Assembly (NCBI GenBank): GCA_964649265.1
Contig: CAZYPB010000002.1
Span: 1-46,037, forward strand
Reading direction: 5' to 3'
DNA length: 46,037 bases
Origin: Candidatus Micrarchaeota archaeon
Lineage (GTDB): Archaea; Micrarchaeota; Micrarchaeia; Burarchaeales; JAKAKT01
Shown: piece by piece, positions 17,862 to 26,382 of the stretch
Numbering within the stretch: position 1 is the first letter of the stretch
Layout: each line of letters opens with the position of its first letter
Notes under the pieces: model-generated
What the model saw: only the letters and a program-made list of their open reading frames with translations
Database searches by the model: none
What the model was told of the DNA's origin: nothing
Program-made: the position numbers and the translations under genes

Positions 17862-19204
17862 AAATATGGAGCAAAAAGGGAGAGGACGTGATACCGGAGG
17901 TTGAGGAGTACCTCTGTAGTTCAGACATCTCCTGTGATACCGAACTTGTTTTTTGGGATGTTGTTGGTTCAATTGCCCACACGTATGCACTGGAAAGCGC
18001 AGGTGTCTTGAACAAAAAAGAAGCTGCTAAGATTTCCTCTTCATTGAAAAAGCTGATATCCATGAACGGGAAGGGCGAGTTCTCCCTGGATGAATCACTT
18101 GAGGATGTTCATTCGAACGTAGAGAGTTGGCTTACAAATGATCTCGGGGAACTTGGAAAGAAAATACACGCAGGTCGCTCGAGAAATGACCAAGCAGCTT
18201 TAGACATTCTGCTCTATTCAAAATTCAACATGCTTTTGCTACATTCAAAACTCTCCTTCCTATGTAAAGAAATATCAAAGAAGGCCTCAGAACACGATTG
18301 CCCCATGCCAGGTTATACACATTCAAAAAAGGCAATGATAACCACTTTTGAACACTGGGTTCTCGCATATTGCGAGCTCCTTATAAACGATCTCCAGTTC
18401 CTCCTATCAGTTGTTGAACTTATCGATAAGTCTCCACTTGGCGCAGCAGCGGGTTATGGTTCTCTTCTAAATATGCCTCGAGAGAAAACGGCATATAAAC
18501 TTGGTTTTTCGGGAACCCACGTAAACACACTATCAGCAATAGGTTCACGCTCAAAAACCAATTATCTAGTCATGTCTGTTCTTGGGTCTGTAATGCAGAA
18601 CCTCGCTTCCCTTTCATCCGACCTTATACGCGCATCTGAGAAAGGTCTTGTTGTATTGCCAAAAAGTTACTGCACTGGGAGCAGCATAATGCCGCACAAA
18701 AATAACCCCGATGTTCTTGAGATAATACGTGCACGAAATGCCAAGGTATTCGGTCTGAGCATGGGAATACGGGCAACAGGTTTGTCACTTCCACTTGGCT
18801 ACCACCGCGATGTGCAGGAGACAAAGGGTTCATTAATGGAGGCTTTCGATATAACTTTGAAATCTGTTTCCATCATAACCGGACTTGTCTCTGGGATAAA
18901 ACCAAACAAGGAGGTATGCTTAGGGGAGTGTACTCCTGAGATGTGCCTTGCTGACTTCGCAACAATTCAAGCAAAGAAAGGACAACCGTTCCGAGATTCC
19001 TACAGGAACCCAGAAGCCAATCAAAACCTGTCCAACCCGAAAAATAACGTCTCTGCTAAAACTCACCTGGGCGCCCCAGGGGACAAGGATATGAAGAAAA
19101 ACTTACTAAAAAAATTGAACAAATCCATAAAAAAATCCGATAAAAAGAAAAAGACTTTTTCCATGGCGATGAAAAGGCTATCCGGAGTCACTCTTGAGTT
19201 TTGA
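17858..19204 (+). CDS. argH: Argininosuccinate lyase
   Basis: Fumarate-lyase signature GSSIMPHKNNPDVLE. Its start overlaps the argG stop by 4 nt (ATGA). The C-terminal domain looks shortened and ends in a Lys-rich tail. Confidence 0.9.
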   Translation: MKIWSKKGEDVIPEVEEYLCSSDISCDTELVFWDVVGSIAHTYALESAGVLNKKEAAKISSSLKKLISMNGKGEFSLDESLEDVHSNVESWLTNDLGELGKKIHAGRSRNDQAALDILLYSKFNMLLLHSKLSFLCKEISKKASEHDCPMPGYTHSKKAMITTFEHWVLAYCELLINDLQFLLSVVELIDKSPLGAAAGYGSLLNMPREKTAYKLGFSGTHVNTLSAIGSRSKTNYLVMSVLGSVMQNLASLSSDLIRASEKGLVVLPKSYCTGSSIMPHKNNPDVLEIIRARNAKVFGLSMGIRATGLSLPLGYHRDVQETKGSLMEAFDITLKSVSIITGLVSGIKPNKEVCLGECTPEMCLADFATIQAKKGQPFRDSYRNPEANQNLSNPKNNVSAKTHLGAPGDKDMKKNLLKKLNKSIKKSDKKKKTFSMAMKRLSGVTLEF

Positions 19205-19853
19205 AAAGAGAGTGAAGTACATCGTATGCCTTTGTTATCTGCCCATTGTTTATAACAAGAGTGAGCTCTGTCAGAGTTGAGACCATCTCTATTATGTTTA
19301 TATTATGCCATGAGAGTTCATTTGTCACAAGTGCAAAAAAACCCGGGGTTTGAACTAACTTAAGGGGAAACTTAAGTGAAAGGCTTGATAGTCCTCTTAT
19401 CTTTTTTACCTTCTGCTCTCCTCTCATCTCCTTCTCAAACATATCTGTGTATTTCCTGCTTGCGATTATGGTTATCTCATAGTTTCCCTGTATTACGTTG
19501 AATATATCTCCCGAAGCAAAATCAACAGTGCCATATAACTTCCTTATCTTCTCAAATGATTTTGGAGACTTCACTATTGTTATCTCATCTATATCTGACC
19601 GGATACTTATCTCAACCTCTTTTAGTGAACCCCTGCTAATATCCCGATACCCATGCTGCTGCAATTTCTCAGATAGACGCGTAAGTGCCATAACAACTGC
19701 CCCGTGTTTAACTGCTCTTCCCAATTCCTTTTCGATCTTAGGTTCAAGATAGGTGGCAAGTTTCGCGTAACTTATTATCTCTTTTCCAACTGCATATTCG
19801 AGATAAGGTTCATCCCTAATAATCTTCTCTACAACGTGCGCAATTGTTACCAT
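19188..19853 (-). CDS. ACT-domain protein, predicted amino-acid-responsive regulator (paralogue B)
   Basis: Aligns by eye with 15787-16449 at both ends (IAHVVEKIIRDEPYLEYAVGKEIISYAKLA vs VVSRVYDALDEDVYLRKSIELGIANLSALS; TPGFFALVTNELSWHNINIIEMVS vs VPGFVAYITGLLLRKKINLIEFYS). I prefer the ATG at 19853 (MVTIAHVV); the ORF track extends to 19910. Confidence 0.6.
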   Translation of the reverse strand: MVTIAHVVEKIIRDEPYLEYAVGKEIISYAKLATYLEPKIEKELGRAVKHGAVVMALTRLSEKLQQHGYRDISRGSLKEVEISIRSDIDEITIVKSPKSFEKIRKLYGTVDFASGDIFNVIQGNYEITIIASRKYTDMFEKEMRGEQKVKKIRGLSSLSLKFPLKLVQTPGFFALVTNELSWHNINIIEMVSTLTELTLVINNGQITKAYDVLHSLFKTQE

Positions 19854-19950
19854 TATATCACAACAATTCCTTTTTGTTAATATTATAACATAAAGTTTAT
19901 ATAAATACATCTAGTTATATTCTGCCTACAAATAAATGGGAGGGCTCACT

Positions 19951-20562
19951 ATGCAAAAAAGCGTAAGAACAAACATTGATTCTAAAAGCAATTTCAGGAA
20001 CGGAGATGATTTCAGGAAGATGGTCTCTGCTGTTGATAAGTTTGGAACAGATAGAGAGAGAATCAGAGGAGTTATCGCTCCAATTGTAGGCGAGGGGAAC
20101 GTGGACGATGTGGTCAATGGGTGCTGGAATGGTGGAAAGCCAAACAGCGCAAATGTCACTTTCAGTGTAGCTGCAAAAACACTTGGAGTGGTAGAGGCAT
20201 TCAGCATCATGGCCACTGCTTCTGATAGTGATCAGGCAACAAGGGCAACGTATAACCACCTTCTAAGGGTCGAACGTTCACAGCACCAGCACGCTGCCTA
20301 CCCTGTGAAGGAAACAATCGAGATCGCAGGAATTGCAATGGAAAAGGATGAGCTATTCAGAACAATGCTTGATATAACAAAAACAAGAGAGGACCTGCCG
20401 GGTGCAGAACATAATGCAATAGAGCAAACAGGAAGGATTCTCTCAACTGCGCAGTCAGTATGGGGAAAGGATACGGCCAATGAGGTAGCTAACCGGGTAC
20501 TGGGTTCTGCAAAAGCAACTGTAGTTAGGGACAGAATGAACTGCTACTACTCAACCCCTTAA
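19951..20562 (+). CDS. Hypothetical soluble protein, no recognisable family (203 aa)
   Basis: The ATG at 19951 is preceded by SD-like GGGAGGG (19938-19944); an alternative ATG is at 19936. Composition is protein-like (A/G/V/T/D rich, no TM segment). The opposite strand is also open for about 100 codons, so the strand call rests on composition and the SD. Confidence 0.5.
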   Translation: MQKSVRTNIDSKSNFRNGDDFRKMVSAVDKFGTDRERIRGVIAPIVGEGNVDDVVNGCWNGGKPNSANVTFSVAAKTLGVVEAFSIMATASDSDQATRATYNHLLRVERSQHQHAAYPVKETIEIAGIAMEKDELFRTMLDITKTREDLPGAEHNAIEQTGRILSTAQSVWGKDTANEVANRVLGSAKATVVRDRMNCYYSTP

Positions 20563-21310
20563 TCTCTTTTGTTATATACCTTCCCACAGCCTTGCCCATA
20601 TCTATAGCCTTTAGGCCATTTCTTTCAAGAAAAAGTAGTTTTCCTTTAGCGCCTAGCACATTTCCGGACAGTTTATCATCCAATGCAGGTTTGACATTTA
20701 TCCTGGGATAGTTTTCAGAGAGCCTGATTATTTTTCCAATCTCAATTCCCGGAAAACCATCTATTTCCGCAAGTGAATTTTCAAGAACCTTAAGCGAATC
20801 CCGCAAATCCGAACCAAGGAGCTTGAACTTCTCAGAAGTTCTAAGTGAATTCTTGAATCCAAACTGGTGTTGTACAAGTGCTTCCAGTGTCCGTGCTTCC
20901 ATTCCATCGGAGGTCAGCCCAATGGAGACTCCCAGATCAGCGCCCTGTTCAACAAGCCTATCATTTAACCTCTCTTTTTTTGTTACGCCTGCTTTCACTA
21001 TTTTTCCGAAAGCTGCAAGATAGACATGGTGTTCCCCCAGGAGACAATCCGATCCAAAAATACACTCATCACCCCTGCATGCTGCACAGGACATCTCAAG
21101 CTTTCTGCACCTAGGACATTTTGAAGAATTTGAGACAGCCTCATCCGGGCATCGATAACCTTTACCAAACCTATTGTAACCAGTGCAATATCTATTAAAA
21201 GAGGTATCAATATCTATCTCTCCTCTTACTTCCATCTCTTCAACATCTCCGTTTTCCCTCATAACAAGTTTTGGAACTGAGTGACTGTAGAAGCTTATTA
21301 TGTGTCGCAT
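20525..21310 (-). CDS. Cys-rich zinc-ribbon protein, DUF2797-like
   Basis: 261 aa. Cys cluster (CPDEAVSNSSKCPRCRKLEMSCAACRGDEC) is followed by HHVYLAAFGKIVKAGVTKKERLNDRLVEQGADLG...GMEARTLEAL. This matches my memory of the DUF2797 core (VYLA..KVGvT...R..dQGA). Tentative. Confidence 0.45.
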   Translation of the reverse strand: MRHIISFYSHSVPKLVMRENGDVEEMEVRGEIDIDTSFNRYCTGYNRFGKGYRCPDEAVSNSSKCPRCRKLEMSCAACRGDECIFGSDCLLGEHHVYLAAFGKIVKAGVTKKERLNDRLVEQGADLGVSIGLTSDGMEARTLEALVQHQFGFKNSLRTSEKFKLLGSDLRDSLKVLENSLAEIDGFPGIEIGKIIRLSENYPRINVKPALDDKLSGNVLGAKGKLLFLERNGLKAIDMGKAVGRYITKEIKGLSSSSSFCP

Positions 21311-21438
21311 AGGTAGACGTTCTGCTTTAAGAATTATATAGTTAGTGAGAGTTATTTTCCATTGTAGCGGTAGTTATAAAAGGATAACCAAAGAATTACC
21401 CTATGACGTTCTACTTTACAAAAAAGGAGGTTGAGCTT

Positions 21439-23184
21439 ATGGCTGAAGAACATAAAATTAAATATGAAACTTTCAAAAAGGATAAACTCGGGTTCACACC
21501 AAATTTACAGAATTACGATGAGACATACAAAACTTTCAAATGGGAGGACCACTATGATGAGATAGGTTGGAAACCGGGTGAACCACTCAACGCAGCTTAT
21601 GTTGCAGTTGACAGACATGCTCAGGGTCCAAATGCGGATAAGGTTGCATTCATTTATCTTGGAGCAAACGGGGAGGAGGAGAAGTACACATACAAGCAGC
21701 TAAGCCTTCTATCAAACAAGTTTGCTAATATACTTAAGAAAAACGGAATAAAGAAAGGAGACAGGGTCTTTCTATTCATATCCCGGGTACCTGCAGTGTA
21801 CGTTGCTTTCCTGGGGATTCTTAAGGTTGGAGCAATTGCAAGCACTCTTTTTGGAGCATTCGGTCCACAAGCAGTGAAGGACAGAGTAGGTAATGCAGAA
21901 GGAGCAATGGTGATAACAAACTCAAAACTTAAGGATAGAGTAGATTCGATAAAATCAGAGATGCCTGCGCTCAAACATGTGATGGTTGTTGGAACAACAG
22001 AGGTTTCCGGAGAAGATCTCAGTTATGAGAAAGAGATGGAGGGTGCTTCAGAGGAATTCGACATCGAGAAAACTGATTCGGAGGATCACTGCTTTATGCT
22101 TTACACTTCAGGAACAACCGGAAAACCAAAGGGAGTCCTGCATGCGCACATGGCGATATTGCATCAACACATGACCTGTAAATGGGTTCTGGATCTGAGA
22201 CCTGACGATGTGTACTGGTGCACAGCTGACCACGGTTGGGTAACTGGAATTGCCTATGGTATCCTCGGTCCGCTCTCCATTGGAACAACATTGATTCAGT
22301 TTGAAGGAAGGTTCTCAGCTGAGAAATGGTATGAGACAATACAAAAATACAATGTGACTGTTTGGTACACTGCTCCAACAGCAATAAGGATGCTTATGAA
22401 GACCGGAAAGGAAAGTGCAAAGAACTATGACTTCAGTTCGCTCAGAGTAACATATTCTGTTGGAGAACCTCTGAACCCGGAGGCAATTGTCGAAGGACTT
22501 GAGCTTTTCAAAAAACCATTCCATGATACGTGGTGGCAGACAGAAACAGGCGGAATGCTTATTGTAAACTATCCGTGCATGGACATTCGATACGGTTCAA
22601 TGGGCAAACCATTCCCGGGAGTTCAAGCAGGAATCATTGATGATGATGGAAATGAGCTTGGACCTGGAAAAGAGGGAAACCTTGCTATAAGGCCCGGTTG
22701 GCCATCCATGATGAGAACAATATGGAAGAACAAGGAAAAATACGACAGTTATTTTGTAAACGGATGGTATACTGCTGGGGACAAGGCATGGGTGGATGAG
22801 GATGGTTACTTCTGGTTTATCGGCAGATCGGACGATGTGATAAAGACAGCCGGTGAGAGGGTCGGCCCATTCGAGGTAGAAAGCGCACTCATAGAACACC
22901 CTGCGATTGCAGAGGCAGGGGTAATAGGAAAACCCGATCCAGTAAGAGGAGCCATCATAAAGGCTTTCGTTACACTGAACAAGGGCTACGAACCATCAGA
23001 CAAACTTAAAGAAGAGGTACAGCAGTTTGTTAAAAAGAGAATGGCAGCCCATGCATTCCCAAGGGAAATCGATTTTGTTGACTCTCTCCCAAAGACAAGA
23101 AGCGGAAAGATAATGAGAAGGGTTCTCAAAGCAAAGGAACTTGGGGAAGATATTGGAGACACATCAACTTTGGAAGACGACTAG
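21439..23184 (+). CDS. acs: AMP-forming acetyl/acyl-CoA synthetase
   Basis: AMP-binding motif YTSGTTGKPKGV, YWCTADHGWVTG, and C-terminal SLPKTRSGKIMRR. The ATG at 21439 follows SD AAGGAGGT (21424-21431). The ORF track starts at 21403. Confidence 0.9.
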   Translation: MAEEHKIKYETFKKDKLGFTPNLQNYDETYKTFKWEDHYDEIGWKPGEPLNAAYVAVDRHAQGPNADKVAFIYLGANGEEEKYTYKQLSLLSNKFANILKKNGIKKGDRVFLFISRVPAVYVAFLGILKVGAIASTLFGAFGPQAVKDRVGNAEGAMVITNSKLKDRVDSIKSEMPALKHVMVVGTTEVSGEDLSYEKEMEGASEEFDIEKTDSEDHCFMLYTSGTTGKPKGVLHAHMAILHQHMTCKWVLDLRPDDVYWCTADHGWVTGIAYGILGPLSIGTTLIQFEGRFSAEKWYETIQKYNVTVWYTAPTAIRMLMKTGKESAKNYDFSSLRVTYSVGEPLNPEAIVEGLELFKKPFHDTWWQTETGGMLIVNYPCMDIRYGSMGKPFPGVQAGIIDDDGNELGPGKEGNLAIRPGWPSMMRTIWKNKEKYDSYFVNGWYTAGDKAWVDEDGYFWFIGRSDDVIKTAGERVGPFEVESALIEHPAIAEAGVIGKPDPVRGAIIKAFVTLNKGYEPSDKLKEEVQQFVKKRMAAHAFPREIDFVDSLPKTRSGKIMRRVLKAKELGEDIGDTSTLEDD

Positions 23185-23421
23185 CTTCCTCCTTCTTTTT
23201 CTTCTTATCTTTTTGTCAGTTCTCCTATCCTCTACCATGGTTGCTGCATCCCAGCATAGTGCGCATCCAAAGGATCCAAACAGAGTTCCCGAGACAAGGA
23301 GAACAAAAACACCCCAAACAGGATGATCGTAGGCAGCAATGAATGGGTATGGTATCCCTAGAAGTAAGTATATTCCAAGTGCGATGAATAACACTCCTAC
23401 GGAGAAAGTCACTATGTGCAT
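23164..23421 (-). CDS. Small membrane protein (2 predicted TM helices, Arg/Lys-rich tail)
   Basis: 85 aa with two hydrophobic stretches (VGVLFIALGIYLLLGI; VWGVFVLLVSGTLFGSFG) and a basic C-terminus. Its 3' end overlaps the acs 3' end by 21 nt. Confidence 0.4.
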   Translation of the reverse strand: MHIVTFSVGVLFIALGIYLLLGIPYPFIAAYDHPVWGVFVLLVSGTLFGSFGCALCWDAATMVEDRRTDKKIRRKRRRKLVVFQS

Positions 23422-23459
23422 CTATGGTCGCCACACCCATTTTCATTTTTCCAGTATAA

Positions 23460-23482
23460 AAACCTTTCAGTTGAAAAGGTTT
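23460..23482. promoter_or_regulatory. Perfect 8-bp inverted repeat (AAACCTTT-N7-AAAGGTTT) between divergent small genes, flanked by TATA-like boxes
   Basis: Read directly from the sequence. TATAAAA lies on the left flank and TTTAAAT on the right flank, about 25-40 nt from the two start codons (23421 and 23508). Confidence 0.4.
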
Positions 23483-23507
23483 AAATCCAAGAAACCAATT
23501 ACTTTTC

Positions 23508-23726
23508 ATGGACCACTACAAAACAACCGCTCTGATAGTCTGTTCGCTTCTCTTTTTAGGTTGTTCTAGTACTTCTGAGTGTGAGAGTATTCAGAAACCC
23601 GAATGGAGGGATAAGTGCTATTGGGATAAGGCAGTAGAGAAAAAGGATCCTTCCATGTGTAATTTCATAGTATATGGAGAATGGAGAGGTACATGCCTAC
23701 AGAGCCTTAATGATACAGCTTCTTAG
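23508..23726 (+). CDS. Small secreted Cys-rich lipoprotein-like protein
   Basis: 72 aa. Signal-like N-terminus with a lipobox-like LFLGCSS, then 5 further Cys residues. A TATA-like TTTAAAT lies about 25 nt upstream. Confidence 0.4.
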   Translation: MDHYKTTALIVCSLLFLGCSSTSECESIQKPEWRDKCYWDKAVEKKDPSMCNFIVYGEWRGTCLQSLNDTAS

Positions 23727-24657
23727 TATACCACTCAACAGATCTACCTATTCCTTCTTCTATATCAACAGAAGGTTTGTAACCAAGCACATCGCTTGCC
23801 TTCTTTATATCTGCCTGATATCTGACTACCTCTCCAGTTCTATTGTGTTCCACATGTATCTTTCCTTTTCCGCCCATCCGTTTCTGAACAATCTTTGCAA
23901 CATCAACCAGCTGTGTGGCCTTTCCTGATGCAATATTGTAGATGTCGTTTTTCACTTTATGAAAATTCTCCACTGCTGAGACAACTCCAGACACAGCATC
24001 ATCTATATATGTGAAATCCAGTTCCTTCTCTTTTCCATAAACCACAAGATCCTTCCCCTCATTTGTTAATTTTATGAAAACAGGAATAAGCCTGTCGCTC
24101 TCATCATACATTCCATATACATTGGAGAATCGCACTATAACAAAATCGATTTTGTAGCATCTCATGTATGCTTGCGCAAGAGCTTCTCCACTTATTTTTG
24201 AGGCAGTATATGGGCTCTCGCAGTTTTCAACCCTAAGCTTGTCTTCTGAGCGCACAATGTCCTCTATGTTTCCATAGACCTCTCTGCTTGAGGCAAAAAA
24301 GAATTTCTTTATCCGGTTGTTTCTGCAGAACTCTAGTGAATTGAAAGTTGTCTGTATGTTCTCTCTTGCCAATTCCGGATCAAGAACAGAATTATATATT
24401 CTCACATTCGCTGCAAGGTGCATGAAGAGGTGTGCATCCCTTGGTATGTCATCGAATGTCTTACTTTTTAGAAGGTTGCCCACAACTGTTATTCTGCTTA
24501 CTGCTTTGCTCCACTTGTTTGGGACCCTATCCACTCCAACAACATCATATCCTTTCTCAAGAAGGGTTTCACACAATCTTGTACCAATGGTTCCACTGCT
24601 TCCTGTAACTACGATCTTCTTTATTCTCATGGCATCACGAAATGTTCTGCGCATCAA
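23707..24657 (-). CDS. NAD-dependent sugar-nucleotide epimerase/dehydratase (extended SDR), second copy
   Basis: KIVVTGSSGTIGTRL Rossmann motif and YTASK catalytic motif. 316 aa. Confidence 0.85.
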   Translation of the reverse strand: MMRRTFRDAMRIKKIVVTGSSGTIGTRLCETLLEKGYDVVGVDRVPNKWSKAVSRITVVGNLLKSKTFDDIPRDAHLFMHLAANVRIYNSVLDPELARENIQTTFNSLEFCRNNRIKKFFFASSREVYGNIEDIVRSEDKLRVENCESPYTASKISGEALAQAYMRCYKIDFVIVRFSNVYGMYDESDRLIPVFIKLTNEGKDLVVYGKEKELDFTYIDDAVSGVVSAVENFHKVKNDIYNIASGKATQLVDVAKIVQKRMGGKGKIHVEHNRTGEVVRYQADIKKASDVLGYKPSVDIEEGIGRSVEWYTKKLYH

Positions 24658-24669
24658 ATATTAAAAAAG

Positions 24670-25191
24670 TCATCTCCTTGCGATCTCCCCATGCCCTGGG
24701 CAAAGGGTCTCCCACCCAAGACCAGCTATGCTCTTCAATGACTTTTCCATGAGCTTGTAATCTCCTCCAAGATCTGTTCTACCTGTTCCTTCTGCAAACA
24801 GGGTGTCTCCTGAGAAAAGTATCCTCCTTTTTCTATCGTAAAGACATATTGAACCCATTGTATGCCCCGGAGTGTGAAGTATTTCCAGCAGGTATTCGCC
24901 CCACTTAATTTCCTTGAAATCTATGGGTTTTGCGTTTTCTGGCACATTGAAATATGGTCCTCCGCTAAAATCATTCTCATGCAAATAGACATTCTTCCAG
25001 TTGCCATTAACTCCTCCAGTATGGTCATAATGCGCATGGGTCAAAACAAGCATCTCGGGCTCCTTCCCAATAACTTTTGAGGCCCCTGAATCTATGGCAA
25101 GTGTCCCCTCTTTTCCTTGAATGAGAAATACGTTTGAGCTCAGCCCCTCCCCGTATATAACATCCAAATCATCAAGAATACTCTCAACCAT
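24670..25191 (-). CDS. Metallo-beta-lactamase-fold hydrolase (short, glyoxalase-II-like)
   Basis: HxHxDH motif LTHAHYDHTGG, a downstream HTPGHT, and DTLF. Confidence 0.85.
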   Translation of the reverse strand: MVESILDDLDVIYGEGLSSNVFLIQGKEGTLAIDSGASKVIGKEPEMLVLTHAHYDHTGGVNGNWKNVYLHENDFSGGPYFNVPENAKPIDFKEIKWGEYLLEILHTPGHTMGSICLYDRKRRILFSGDTLFAEGTGRTDLGGDYKLMEKSLKSIAGLGWETLCPGHGEIARR

Positions 25192-25241
25192 GATTCATGT
25201 ACCCTGTTGTCTTTAAATAACATTTCGCTGAAAATATCTTC

Positions 25242-26297
25242 ATGGCGGAACCAACAGAAGAACTGAGAACCGAACTCCTGAAGCAGATACCGGAAGAGAA
25301 ACTGGAGTCCCTAATAAAAGAAAAAAGCGAGAGATTTCACGGACTACTCACAAAAGAGGCAGTTCTTTTTTCAATATCCAAAGATCTTGGAATAAAGGAG
25401 AAACCAAAAGACCCAGTTGCTGTTTCTGAATTCGATGAAAGTAAAAAAAGGACCCCGGTTTTCGGAGAAGTCAGACGTATATTCCAAGTTTATAACTATG
25501 AGAAGAACGGAAGAAAAGGAAAGTTATGCAGGTTCTTTCTAGGAGATAAAGATGTTGAGAAAACAGTAGTCCTCTGGAATGACTATGTCGACTATATAGA
25601 GTCCGGAAAAATATCCAAAGGAGATTCAATAGAGATAAGCGGAGCTTACATCAAGGCAGATGAAATACATTTGGGATATGGTGGGAAGATACACATTAAG
25701 AACAAGGTACACAGGAAGAAGATATCCGAACTTTCTCAGGGAGATACAGTTTCTCTTTCAGCTGAGATCCTTGAGAACGATGGAGCAAGAAAGTACGAAA
25801 GGGATGGCTCCATGCACCAGATGGTTTCATTTACAGTGGACGATGGAAGCAGTCCTGCAAGACTTGTTGTATGGGAGCCAAATGCAAGTACATTGGAAAA
25901 TGCAGAGCCGGGGGACTCGGTAACAGTTGAAAATGCATTCTTTAAGAACAATGAGATCCACGCTGGAAGTTTAAGCCGGGTCACACTTTCAAGAAAACCA
26001 ATAAAACCAGACCAACTAACTGCGGATTTCAGGGGAGATATAGAGGGAGAGGTAAAAAGTATACAGGCTGACAAAGAGGGGGTATCAGTTATTTTGGAAG
26101 AAGATGCAGAACTGCGCCTCTCCAGGGATCTTTCACTAAAGCTTCTTGAACTAAAGTCTCTTCCAGATGACATAAGATTTGAGACGCTTGTGTCAATAAA
26201 GAAGGACAGGTTTATAGGTAAGAGGATATGTGCAAGTGGCAGCTCTTCTGTAGAGAACAGCCGCGTCGTTTTCGTGGTTAACAAACTAAACCATTAG
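25242..26297 (+). CDS. rpa: Replication protein A-like ssDNA-binding protein (multiple OB folds)
   Basis: The N-terminal helical segment (LTKEAVLFSISKDLGI) is typical of archaeal RPA. It is followed by repeated OB-like units (VFGEVRRIFQV...KLCRFFLGDKDVEKTVVLWND; VSLSAEILE...MVSFTVDDGSSPARLVVWE; IEGEVKSIQ...). No zinc finger seen. Confidence 0.7.
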   Translation: MAEPTEELRTELLKQIPEEKLESLIKEKSERFHGLLTKEAVLFSISKDLGIKEKPKDPVAVSEFDESKKRTPVFGEVRRIFQVYNYEKNGRKGKLCRFFLGDKDVEKTVVLWNDYVDYIESGKISKGDSIEISGAYIKADEIHLGYGGKIHIKNKVHRKKISELSQGDTVSLSAEILENDGARKYERDGSMHQMVSFTVDDGSSPARLVVWEPNASTLENAEPGDSVTVENAFFKNNEIHAGSLSRVTLSRKPIKPDQLTADFRGDIEGEVKSIQADKEGVSVILEEDAELRLSRDLSLKLLELKSLPDDIRFETLVSIKKDRFIGKRICASGSSSVENSRVVFVVNKLNH

Positions 26298-26382
26298 CCT
26301 TTTCTGGGTTGTCATATTTTATTAATTCGAATAAAAAGAAATCTTTACTAAACCTTACCCATCTATTTGTAGTTACTTTTAA

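Noticed and set aside
19915-20259. 114-aa and 96-aa minus-strand ORFs opposite the orphan ORF
   Set aside because: They are Cys/Ser/His-rich with an odd composition and no upstream SD or TATA, while the plus-strand ORF is twice as long with an SD. I keep this as a caveat because the strand call is not motif-supported.
25736-26284. 182-aa minus-strand ORF opposite the RPA gene
   Set aside because: It is a Ser-rich shadow ORF, and the plus strand shows repeated OB-fold patterns.
26298-26382. Riboswitch (e.g. TPP) in front of the ECF transporter
   Set aside because: The 85-nt region is AT-rich, with no conserved riboswitch core such as CUGAGA/ACCUGA and no obvious stable helices.
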